20,000 nucleotides of DNA from NCBI RefSeq assembly GCF_004010195.1, contig NC_057719.1, forward strand, positions 52,263,457 through 52,283,456. Direction: 5' to 3'. The notes under the pieces are model-generated. The model was not told the origin of the DNA. It saw only the letters and a list, made by a program, of their open reading frames with translations, and searched no databases. The DNA is from Chiloscyllium plagiosum (Eukaryota). Shown here one piece after another: positions 9,706-20,000 of the stretch; positions within the stretch are counted from its first letter, which is position 1, and the number at the start of each line of letters is the position of its first letter. Both the position numbers and the translations under genes were made by a program.

Positions 9706-10798
9706 CCAAGTGTTTTAAAATCATTTATTTAACATTCCTAGGAATATTAAAGCAATCAAGACCAAATGTTTCTAGCTAAATATAAAGATGTCCTTTTTAA
9801 AAATGTAGCTGTTTAGTTCTACATTTGTAGTCAATTGATCATTCCAGTAATAAAGTAAACCATTTTTGTTTAAAAATAGGTACCATTCTTGGTTCAAATT
9901 GCTATATTCAAACTTCTTAATTTTTTTCTATAAAGGTGGCAATCAAAACTTAATTGTGCCTAGTATATGAAAACAATGATTCATCACCTAATTAGTCTGA
10001 ATAAGGTTGTCAAAAGCAACAATACTGAAGCCTGGCAAATTGCCTGGCAACAAGGTACCACAAGCTGAGAATTAGAATCCAAGGAAAAAACCTTATCACA
10101 TCATTTCTTACTGTGAGGATTCAATAATTTCCATTGTTCTTTTTTAAAGCTGGATGTCACATTGTCATCTGTGTTTTCACTTTGCAAAGGATACTCTGAA
10201 CCACACTGTTCAAGTTTTAACTCTTCACTTCCATTTTGTTTTCCATGTCTGTTTTATAATGTCCATATATTAATAAAAAGTCTCAACCAGGAAACATCTG
10301 AAATGTTACTTATAATAATTGCATTCCTCTCATTCCAGTTAAATTCAGGATCATTTTCGACTTCAGGTTCTTTTTCCTGATTTATCCCATTGGTTTTCTT
10401 TCCCAGGAGATGCAGGTTTAAAACTGCTCTCCTTTTGCACAAGGAATTCATTTTTTTGTGTAAAAATCCTTTTTAACTCCTTTAATAAGTTTATTCATGT
10501 AATCTGGATGATCAGCTAAGAAAGCTTCATACTCTTTTTTCAGTTAGTTCATTATTTGTTTTAACTGCCTTTTTATTTGCTTTGGATCTATTCAATGCAA
10601 ATTATTTTGTCTGTTTTCTTTCTAGCAAGAGGGATTGCCCATTTAATTTGAAGTTTTAAGTACCCTCCCTTGGTGTTTTACAATGTCAATGCAGGGCCTT
10701 TTCATCTCTCCTTCAAAGCATGTTTCCCCTGTGTTTCATCTTCAGCTTTGAATATGGTTGCCATCTGCTTTGCTTCATCTCAGCACCAACATCCTAAA

Positions 10799-10859
10799 GC
10801 CAATTAGAGATGGCCTAGCCAGAGTTGACCACATCATCCAGTAAAGGATTGAAAAAAAG
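10799..10859 (+). mobile_element. Very short LINE/SINE 3' tail
   Basis: gccaattagagatggcctagccagagttgaccacatc...gattgaaaaaaa resembles the tail at 7887-7959. Confidence 0.5.
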
Positions 10860-10879
10860 CCTGAATCATACTTTTTATG

Positions 10880-11305
10880 CATTTTCAGTTCAGATGGTTT
10901 TATATTGTCGGCCACGTCACATTTTAAATTCACTTCATGTGAAGGAACAGGAGACCAACTTCCATCAATGCTTCAAATCAAAACCTTTTCACTTTTGAAA
11001 GAGCTTTATGTAATTTGATAACAGTGACTGTGCTGGTCCTATTTCTAAGGGTAATAATCAATTTGCCAACCGCACCAGATGAACATTGTGCCACTGTACT
11101 ACCCTCGAACCAAATTCTCCAAGGTTTTCCATCTCCTGGTCATCTTCTCAATGCATATAGGGACACTCTTGGTTTGTGTGTACCTTACAGGTCAAGATAT
11201 TATTACTTGATTGGACAAATGTGACATGCTTGTTATTTAACTTGCAGCACTCAGGCTTCACATGCCCTTTCTTGTCATAAAGGCAGCATGTTGGTCTCCT
11301 TGAAC
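10880..11305 (-). mobile_element. Decayed Ty3/Gypsy LTR-retrotransposon gag zinc knuckle plus aspartic protease
   Basis: RRPT-CCLYDKKGHVKPEC-CKL (11247-11288; CX2CX4HX4C with the second C changed to Y). Then GKLIITLRN/GPAQSLL (11019-11049; frameshifted LRDTGAxQSLL) and VLI*SIDG...VPSHEVNLKCD (10916-10985). Confidence 0.72.
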
Positions 11306-11374
11306 TGAACCTATCAATTCAAGGACACTAACTCCTACACAAGCTTTCTAACTGGGGCCTATTACTAACATTTC

Positions 11375-12086
11375 ATCACAAAATCACAGAATTATTACAG
11401 CACAGAAGGAAGCCATTCAGCTCATCATGTCAGCACAAGTTCTTCAAATTAGCATTTCCCTGAATGCTAATATCTCATGACTTCTCCCCATAACTCTGCA
11501 ACAGTGTAATTCCCTTTTGAATACCTTGATTCAATCAGCCTCTACCACAACCTCATGCAGTGCATTCTTGACCTTAATTGTTTGTTGATGTGAAAAACAT
11601 TTTTTGATATTCTTTTTGCTCATTCTGCCAATTACTTTTGCCCTTTTCTGAACCCTTCCATGAGAGGGAACAGTTTCTCCCAATCTACTTTGTTCAGACC
11701 CCACATGATTTTGAGTCCTTCTGGCAGATCTCCTCTCACCCTTGGAAAACTTTTCAGTCTATTTTCATAACCAAAGTTAGTGTTGCATCCCTGGAACCAT
11801 TCTCAGAAATATCTTTTGCACTCTTTCTAATGCCTTCACATCTTTCTGAAATACAGTGCCCAGAGCTGAATCCAGCTAAGGCTAACTAGTACCTTCTATA
11901 CAGAACCATAGAAAAACTATGGCACAGAAAGAGGCCATTCAGCTCATCATATCTGCTCCATACTCAACCATAAATTCCTTGCTTTTTTGCTCTATTCCCT
12001 GTTAAGAAAGCATAAACACTGCATTCTTTATTAAATGCTCCCTGTAAACATGCCCTGCCTCATTTAATCAATGATACACATATACA
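11375..12086 (-). mobile_element. Old degenerate CR1 3' fragment with a nested ~60 bp CR1 tail at 11901-11957
   Basis: Starts cacaaaatcacagaattattacagcacagaaggaagccattcagctcatc (reverse CR1 tail). The same tail motif recurs at 11901-11957. Body resembles the reverse CR1 at 17243. Confidence 0.72.
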
Positions 12087-12340
12087 CATGGAAATATTAT
12101 CACCTGCAAGTTCCTTTCCAAGCCATGCAACATCCTGAGTTTGAAATATATCACCGTTCCTTCAGTATTTTTGGGTCAAAATCCCAAATTCCCCCTAATG
12201 GCATTCTGGGTCTACCTACAGTACATTGACTTCAGCAGATTAAGAAGGCAGATCACTGCCATCTTCACTAGGAGAACTAGGGATGAGTAATAAATACTGG
12301 CCTAACCAGAGATACCAACATCCATGAATAAACATAAATA
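12087..12340 (+). mobile_element. LINE 3' end, same family as 7550-7959
   Basis: cacctgcaagttcctttccaagcca...gggtcaaaatcc...aagaaggcagatcactgccatcttc...taaatactggcc aligns by eye with 7713-7930. Confidence 0.85.
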
Positions 12341-12427
12341 ACACCATTACATGCTCAGTTGCAAGTGTTCCTTTAGCCTGCAAATTTAACACTTTGTCCA
12401 ATAGGTCCCTGCTGCAACCTTACCATT

Positions 12428-12769
12428 GAGGAGGCAATGGTTCAGTGATATTATCGCTAAGCTATTATTCCAGAAACTCATTTAACGTTCTGGGGACCTG
12501 GCTTCAAATCCTGTGGTGGGATTTAAATTCAATAAAAATAATCTGGAAATAGGAATCTAATGATGACCATGAAACCATGGTCAACTATTGTGGGAAAACC
12601 ATTCTGATTCATTAAAGACCTTTCACAAATTAAATCTGTCATCCTTATGCCGTCTAGCCTACATGTGACTCCAGACTCACAGTCGAATCTTAACTGCTCT
12701 CGAGGCAATTTGCGATGAACAATAAATACTGCCCCAGCCCTCACCCCATGAGTGATTTTAAAAGAAAAG
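12428..12769 (+). mobile_element. tRNA-derived SINE sharing its 3' tail with the adjacent LINE family
   Basis: A-box-like TGGTTCAGTGA (~12438), B-box-like GGCTTCAAATCC (~12500). Tail ggcaatttgcgatgaacaataaatactgccccagcc...cccatgagtga matches the LINE tails at 7887-7950 and 12275-12330. Confidence 0.78.
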
Positions 12770-13058
12770 TTTGGATTAAGATATGAAACAAAGCAGCAGA
12801 AAGGAAAGTTATTTTTTTATAAATCACATGTTCAAAATCTCTGGCATCAATTGTAATGTAAACGAATGAAACTCCACCATTGAAATAGCCAGACAGGTTG
12901 ATCAATGATAATTAACATAAAGAGCATTTATACAGGGAAAGGGAAGACTTTATGTGTAAGTTTAGTTTGTATGGACCATGCTAGCAGAACAAAACATTAA
13001 ATAAATACATTTCATGGGTGAGACAGGCAGTGAGATTCTGTTTTCATCAAAGCTAACA

Positions 13059-15625
13059 TTTTCCCAACATTGACAGGGATTGACTTAGTGTTAGAGGATT
13101 GGAAGGAGCAGAATTCGTGAGGAGCATCCAGGAGAATTTTCTAGAGCAGTATGGAAGTAGTCCAACTCGTGAAGGGGCCAGAGTGGGCCTGATGTTGGGA
13201 AATGAGCCTGGCCAGGTGGTTAAAGTTTCAATGGGGGATTACTTTGGGAATAATGATCACAGTTCCGTAAGTTTTAGGATACTCATGGACAAAGATGAGA
13301 CTGGTCCTAAAGGAAGAGTGCTAAATTGGGGTAAGGTCAACTATATTGATTTCAACACTTCAACTCCCCTCCCACTCCACCAAGGACATGCAGGTCCTTG
13401 GACTCCTCCATCGCCAGACCATAGCAACACGACGGTTGGAGGAAGAGCACCTCATCTCTCCTGTTCCTTGGATGCTGCCTGACCTGCTGCGCTTTTCCAG
13501 CAACACATTTTCAGCTAAGGTCAACTATAGCAAAATTCAGCAGGAGCTGGGGAATGTAGATTGGGAGCAGCTGTTTGAAGGGAAATCCACATTCGATATG
13601 TGGTAGATTTTTAAAGAGAGGTTGATTAGAATTCAGGAGAGATATGTCCCTGTGAAAATGAGGGATAGAAATGGCAAGATTAGGGAATCATGGATGACAG
13701 GTGAAATTGTGAGACTAGCTAAGAAGAGAAAGGATGCTTACATAAGGTGTAAGCGACTAAAGTCAGATGAAGCTTTGGAAGAATATTAGGAATGTAGGAC
13801 CAATCTGAAATGAGTTACTAAGAGGTCTGAAAGAGGTCATGAGATATACTTAGCAAGCATGGTTAAGAAAAACTTCAAAGCCTTTTATTCATATATAAGG
13901 AGCAAGATGGTAATGAGGGGAAGAGTTGGCCCACTCAAGGGCAAAGGACAAAATATATGCATGGAGTCAGAGATTCTTAATGAGTACTCTGCATTGGTAT
14001 TCACCGAGGAGAGGGACATGACTGATGTTGAGGTTAGGGATAGATCCCTGATTACTCTAGGTTGAGTCAGCATGAGGAGGGAGGAAGTGTTGTGTATTCT
14101 AAAAGGCATTAAGGTGGACAAGTCCCCAGGATCAGATGGGGGAAGTGACAGAGGAAATAGCTGGGGCTTTAACAGATATCTTTGCAAGCATCCTTGAAAA
14201 CGGGGAGATCCCAGAGGACTGGAAAATTACTAATGTAGTCCCCTTGTTCAAGAAGGGTAGTAGGGATAATCCAGGTAACTGGACCTATGAGCCTGATACC
14301 AGTGGTAGGGTAGCTACTGGAGAAGATACTAAGGCATAGTATATATATCCACTTGGAAGAAAATGGGCTTGTCAGTGATAGGCAGCATGTTTTTGTGCAG
14401 GGAAGGTCATGTCTTACAAACCTAATAGAATTCTTTGAAATGGTGACAAAGTTGATTGATGAAGGAAGGGATGTAGATTTCATGTACATGGACTTTGGTA
14501 AGGGGTTTGATAAGGTTCCCCATGGTAAGCTGATGAAGAAAGTGAAGTTGCATGGATAGAGAGCTGGTTGGACAACAGGAGACAGAGAGTAGTAGTGGAA
14601 GGGAGCTTCTCAAAATGGAGCCCTGTGACCAGTGGTGTCTCACAGGGACCTGTGCTGGGATCACTGGTGTTTGTTATATACACAAATGATTTGGAGGAAG
14701 GTGTAAGTTGTCTTATTAGCAAGTTTGCAGATGACACTAAGAATGGTAGGGTAGCATATAGTGAAGGGGACTGTCAGAGAATACAGCACAATATAGATAG
14801 ATTGGAGATTTGAGCAGAGAAATGGTAATTGGAGTTCAATCCGGACAAATGCAAGGTGATGAATTTTGGAAGGTGCAATTCAAAAGTGAACTATATAGTA
14901 AATGGAAAAGTCCTGGGGAAAATTGATGTACATAGAGATCTTAGTGTTCAGGTCCATTGTTCCCTGAAGGTGGCAACACAGGTCAGTTGAGTGGTCACAA
15001 AGGCATACGACATGCTTTCCTTCATCAGAAGGGGTATTGAATATAAGAGTTGGCAGGTCATGTTACAGTTGTACAAGACTTTGGTTTGGCCATATTTGGA
15101 ATACTGCATACAGTTTTGGACACCATATTACCAAAAGGATTTGGAGAGAGTGCAGAGGACGTTCACCAGGAATGTTGCCTAGTATGGAGTGTGGGAGCTT
15201 TGAGTAGAGGTTGAGTAAATTAAGATTATTTAATTGGAAAGAAGGAGGTTGAGGGGACACCTAATTGAGGCCTACAAAATAATGAGAGGTGGAGACAGGG
15301 TGAAAAGCAAGAAACTTTTTCCCAGAGTGGGGTCTCAATTACTCGGCATCATGAGTTCAAAGTGAGAGGGGAAAACTTTAGGGGAAATATACGTGGAAAG
15401 TTCTTCACGCAGAGGGTGTGGGGGCCTGGAATGCATTGCCAGCTGAGGTGGTAGGGGTGGGAATGATAGTGTCATTTAAGATGTATCTAGATAGATACAT
15501 GAATGGGCATGGAGCAAAGGGATACAGATCCTTAGAAAATCAACGGCAGATTTAGATAGAGGCTATGGATTGACGCAGACTTGGAGGGCCAAAGGGCCTG
15601 TTCATGCACTGTCATTTTCTTTGTT
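13059..15625 (+). mobile_element. 5'-truncated CR1 LINE: decayed ORF2 (end of endonuclease, reverse transcriptase) and 3' UTR
   Basis: FPNID...NDH (APE end), IPEDWKITNVVPLFKKG, GRSCLTNLIEFFE, YMDFGKGFDKVPH, SGVSQGPVLG, SKFADDTK (FADD 14724-14735), LYKTLVWPYLEYC. Many stops and frameshifts. Possible 6 bp TSD CTAACA at 13053-13058 and 15626-15631. Confidence 0.96.
13346..13515 (+). mobile_element. Internally deleted Penelope-like fragment (GIY-YIG C-terminus fused to the 3' tail) nested in CR1
   Basis: HFNS/PSHSTKDMQVLGLLHRQTIATRRLEEEHLI then the tail ctcctgttccttggatgctgcctgacctgctgcgcttttccagca. Exact 14 bp TSD TAAGGTCAACTATA at 13332-13345 and 13516-13529. Confidence 0.88.
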
Positions 15626-16279
15626 CTAACAGTACAGTCTGTCAACTAAGACTTTCAAATATTGTATTTAACCTGGCACCTGCCTTCACTTAAATTTGCT
15701 GTATCGTTTGCAAATAAATAACTACTTGCACCATTAGACTCACTGCAATTCTGACAGCAAAATCTTGGCTTTTAAAAGGTTAGAAATAATAAAACAGATG
15801 GAGATAAAAGTAGTTCCTCTTTCTTTTGCAGTACATCTTTTCAAGCAAGTGAAATGATCAAGACTATATCACCCAGCATCTGTACTGTGCACAGCTTCAT
15901 ACCACATAATATTTTCTCCTCTATTATTTTTTAGCCTGAAGGGAAAAAACAACATACAGAGCAAACAGGGGAGTATGCACAATCAGACAAATTCTGAGAG
16001 GGATTGAGATAGTTATGATAGATAGGCAGTGCAGTGAGATGGTATTATTGAAATTAGAGTGGCAAGTGATATTTTGTAGAAAAGACTTTATTGAATATGC
16101 AGCAAGCATATGTAAAATGTAGATGTTTAGCCTCAAATAAATCTAATGTGAGATATAGTTTAATATTTAAAAGGCTCTTTGCCCCATTTAACAACATTCT
16201 TCAATGCAGCCCAGAGACTCATAGATGTGTACTGAATATCATGAATAAAGATGTTGAATGGACAACGAATTGCAGGCTG

Positions 16280-16676
16280 TAAATCTGTTGCTTCTGTGTA
16301 GAATTGTAATTTGTGACTCCAGAAAGTGAGCATATAATCCAGGCTAGCACTGAGGGAGTACTGCATTGCTTGTTTCCCAGTTTTAGGTGAAATATTGAAC
16401 TGATGTCTTTCTCTTAGTTGGGTGTAAAATATCCTATTAGAAGCAAAATAAGAGAATTATTTCTAGTGCCCAAGCCCAGATTTACTCCTCAATTAAGATA
16501 AAAACAACAGAGATTATTATCATATTGATATTATGTGGCAATTTTGTGTGCAGATTGGCTACCATATTTACCTCAATTTAAGAGTGGCTACACTTCTAAT
16601 GTACTTCATTGACTGTAAAGTAATTTAAAATGTCATGAGATTAGGAAAGTTGCTCGATAAGTGTCAGCCTTTCTTC
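16280..16676 (+). mobile_element. Deu-domain SINE (SacSINE1/AmnSINE1-related), degenerate
   Basis: cactgagggagtactgcattg...gtaaaatatcc...tgtgtgcagattggct...ctacacttc...gtacttcattgactgtaaag...cctttcttc, recognised from the Deu core and tail. Confidence 0.75.
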
Positions 16677-17242
16677 ATGTGTTTTAGAGAAGACAGTGCT
16701 CATTGCCTTGATCTGATCGATGTAATTGTATATTTAGATTGTAGGATATCAGTTAGAAATGTCAATTGACCTTAACTAGATGAGTGCCATCTTGGCCTTT
16801 TCATCGATTGATTTTGGGTTGGGTTAATCACAATCTAAACCAACTAATTTATTTGTTCAATCTTCTGTGAAACATACATTACTCGCTCAGCAAAATCAAT
16901 ACAACATCTGTACCAGTAATCCAAGAAAGTTAAAATTAAGATAATCGCAGTACCTCCGATAAGAACACGTTTGTCAAGTAATAAAACACAGTGAGTGACT
17001 GATAAATAGGTATTCTTTTCTGGGTATCAAATGTTTAAGATTCATTTCCTCATCATTCTTGTTAAATGAATAATTATTCAATGCATTAGTTAGAATATAA
17101 AAAAACCATTGAATGGCAGGCTTTTAAACATTGTTTTTAAACATTGGTTGTGACAAATTGTGACTCCCTTACCTATGTGAGGACCAGAAATTGGGGTGAT
17201 GGGGGAGTGGGTGTTGGAAGACACATGCTCAACCAACCACTG

Positions 17243-18165
17243 GAGTTATAGAATCATACAGCTAGTACACAGGTCTTTTGGCCCAACTCATCCATGCTGA
17301 CCAGGTTTCCTAAGCTGAACTAGTCCCATTTGCCTGCATTTGGTCACTATCCCTCTAAATCGTTTCTATCCATGTACCTGTCCAAATGTCTTTTAAATAT
17401 CATTTTTGTACCAGTCACCAATTCCTCTAGCAGCTTGTTCCATATATGCACCACTCACTATATGAAAAAATTGCCCCTCAGGTCCCTTTTAAATCTTTCC
17501 CCTCTTACCTTAAACCTATGCCTTCTGATTTTGAACTCCCCTACCCTGGGAGAAAGACCTTAGCTGCTCACCTTATCTAGGCCTCTCATGATTTTATAAA
17601 CCTCTGTTTGGTCACCCCTCAGTTTCCTACAGTCCAAGGAAAACAAGTCCCATGCTAACCAGCCTCTCGTGATAACGCTAACCTTTCCAGTCTCAGTAAC
17701 ATCCTTGTAAATCCCTTTTGCATCATTTCCATTTAATAATATCCTTCCTATAGCAGGGCAACCAGAATTGTACACAGTACTTCAAATGTGGCCTCACCAG
17801 TATATTGTACAGTTGGAACATGATGTCCCAGCTCCTGTACTCAATGTTCTGACTGATGAAAGCAAGTGTGCCAAACTCCATCTTCATCAACTTGTCTACC
17901 TGTGATGCCACTTTCAAGGAACTACATACCTGCAACCGTAGGTCTCTTTATTCGACAACAATCCCCTGCATCCTACCCTTAATTGTTTAAGTCAAGCCAT
18001 GGCTTTTCTTACCAAAATGCGACAACTCACATTTATCAGCATTAAACTCCATCTGTCATTCGTTCACCCAGTTGATCAAGACTCTGTTGCACTCTTAGAT
18101 CACCTTCTTCAGAAATTCTGGTGTCATCTCCAGGCCTCCTATATTCTCCTCCAAATAGTTTACAA
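17243..18165 (-). mobile_element. 5'-truncated CR1 LINE, 3' part
   Basis: Minus-strand ORFs SLKVASQVDK...LYNILVRPHLKYCVQFW and KLRGDQTEVYKIMRGLDKV. Reverse CR1 tail at 17243-17300. Confidence 0.92.
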
Positions 18166-18168
18166 ATT

Positions 18169-18412
18169 GGGGCAAGATAGTGGTTAGCACTGCTGCCCCA
18201 CTATGCCAGGGACCCAGGTTCAATTCCAGCCTTGGGTGACTGTGGGGAGTTTGTACATTCTCCCTGCATCTGTGTGGGCTGCCTCTGGGTGCTCCAGCTT
18301 CTGTCCCACAATCCAAAGTTGCACAGGTTTAGTGTATTAGCCAGGCTAAATTGCCCATAGTGTCTGGGTCTGGGTGGGTTGCTCTTCAGAGATTCATCTT
18401 GGACATAATGGG
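18169..18412 (+). mobile_element. HE1-type V-SINE
   Basis: A-box agtggttagcac, B-box ggttcaattcc, V-domain ggagtttgtacattctccctgcatctgtgtggg...cccacaatccaaag. Confidence 0.88.
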
Positions 18413-18514
18413 ACATTATAAATGATGACAACAAATCCTACAAGGGAAGTAAAAACAACACTTACCTTTTTGAGCCGCTCGAGGTACTGTTTCTAACTAT
18501 GTTGGCCTGGCAGA

Positions 18515-20000
18515 GGATTCTGGATAATCCAAGATGGAGGACGGGAAAAATTTCTGGCTGTAAGAGCTGCTCCTTTTTTTGAGGTATTTTAGGTGTTGGA
18601 GGTGGTTTCCTCAAATTCCAGGAGCAGCAATTACTGTTTTATATGCTGTTGCATTGTTTTGGAACTTTTGGAAAAATAAAAGTCAAAACAACAGTAGTTT
18701 AAAGGGGAGAAGGGCAGACAAAGGAAGCACATGGTGAGGACAGTGCAGGAGAGAGAGAGAGAGAAAAGACCTGCACAGTTACCACCTTTGCTGTTTGAAT
18801 TCGTGTATCGCTGGACATCGGAGTGTGTCTGGGAAAATTAACAAACAGTGAAATTCACAACTAATCTTGGAGGAACTGTTGGGCGAAGTTCACAGCACAG
18901 AATCAGATAAGTTAATTGTAGTTTTAAGTCTGTCTAATAGAAAGGCTGCAGGGGTGAGTATAGTGGATTCTTTCTTGATTATATGTTTTTGGAGATAAGT
19001 CTCTTGATTAAACTTAAAATATAAGCCATAGCTATTAATTTAACCTGGGGCAGTGTTTGTAGAGGAATAAGACAGAAATATTTTCTGGGTCTGTAGATTG
19101 AGAAGGAGCAAAAATGGCCTTTGCAGTGATATGTACTTCTTGTCAGATGTGGGAGTTTAAAGAGAGTTTAAGTGTTACTGCGGATTATATCTGCCATAAA
19201 TGCTGTTGGATGCGAATCTTATCAGATCGAGTGGATCAGTTGGAGAGACAAATAGAAGCGATGAGGAATTTGCAACAGCTACAGCTGATGGATGGCAGTT
19301 ATAGGAAGGGGGGAAGTCTCAGATACAGTCACATAGATGGGTTAACTCCAGGAAGGGTAAAAGAGGTAGGCAGCTAGAGCAGGAGTCTTTTGTGGATATA
19401 CCCATTTCAAACAGGTATGCTGTTTTGGAAAATGTAGGGGGTGATGGATTCTCCAGGGAACGGAGCACGAACAGCCAGGTTTCTGGTATTGAGACTGGCT
19501 CTAATACAACGAAGGGTACGTCGGCTTCCAAGAGATCAATTGTGTTAGGGGATTCTGTAGTCAGAGGTACAGACAGACGTTTCTGTGGCCAGCAGAGAAA
19601 AAGCAGAATGGTGTGTTGTTTCCCTGGTGCCAGGATCAAGGATGTCTCAGAGAGGGTGCAGAATGTTCTCATGGGGGAGAGGGGCCAGGAGGAGGTCATT
19701 GTCCACATTGGAACCAATGATATAGGAAGGGAAAAGGTTGAAACTCTGAAGGGAGATTACAGAGAGTTAGGTAAAATTTTAAAAAGGAGGTCCACAAGGG
19801 TAGTAATATCTTGATTACTCCCAGTGCTACGAGCTAGTGAGGGCAGCAATAGGAGGATAGAGCAGATGAATGCATGGCTGAGGAGCTGGTGTATGGGAGA
19901 AGGATTCACATTTTTGGATAATTGGAATCTCTTTTGGGATGGAAATGACCTGTACAAGAAGGACGGATTGCACCTAAATTGGAAGGGGACTAATATACTG
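18515..20000 (+). mobile_element. 5' end of a probably full-length CR1 LINE (5' UTR plus ORF1), running out of the window
   Basis: About 600 bp leader with (GA)n at 18749-18763, followed by ORF1. The 5' boundary is approximate. Confidence 0.8.
19114..20000 (+). pseudogene. CR1 ORF1: zinc finger, coiled coil and SGNH/GDSL esterase; one frameshift and one stop
   Basis: CTSCQMWE...YICHKC, then LSDRVDQLERQI. Frame change near the G6 run 19308-19313. ISNRY, VLGDSVVRG (GDS 19548-19556), VHIGTND (GTND 19710-19721), TGA at 19812-19814 replacing G of SGLLP, DGLHLN (19962-19979). Confidence 0.92.

Noticed and set aside
15812..15935. Two strong plus-strand acceptor-like sites
   Set aside because: The frames examined after them stop within about 35 codons and no convincing donor follows.
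19300..19320. Programmed -1 frameshift in CR1 ORF1
   Set aside because: No canonical X XXY YYZ slippery heptamer in frame and no obvious downstream structure; a 1-nt deletion or sequencing error is simpler.

Overview
AT-rich, repeat-dense vertebrate genomic DNA. The repeat families (HE1/V-SINE, Deu-domain SINE, HER1/CR1 LINEs, shark-type Penelope ends) point to a cartilaginous fish, probably a shark; this is recognition from memory, not a database search. No intact protein-coding gene is present. The window holds several CR1 LINE fragments (a 2.6 kb decayed ORF2 and the 5' end of a full-length copy with a zinc-finger/SGNH-esterase ORF1), 3' ends of a second LINE family with a partner SINE, three other SINEs, relics of a Harbinger transposase and a Harbinger Myb/SANT gene, and a decayed Ty3/Gypsy gag-protease. 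The most notable structure is a set of five short Penelope-like (PLE) end insertions, four with 9-14 bp target-site duplications (TSDs) and three keeping a minimal hammerhead-ribozyme core. One forms a ~93 bp-arm fold-back palindrome pivoting next to an apparently intact hammerhead. A phase-compatible chain of possible minus-strand host exons is reported with low confidence.
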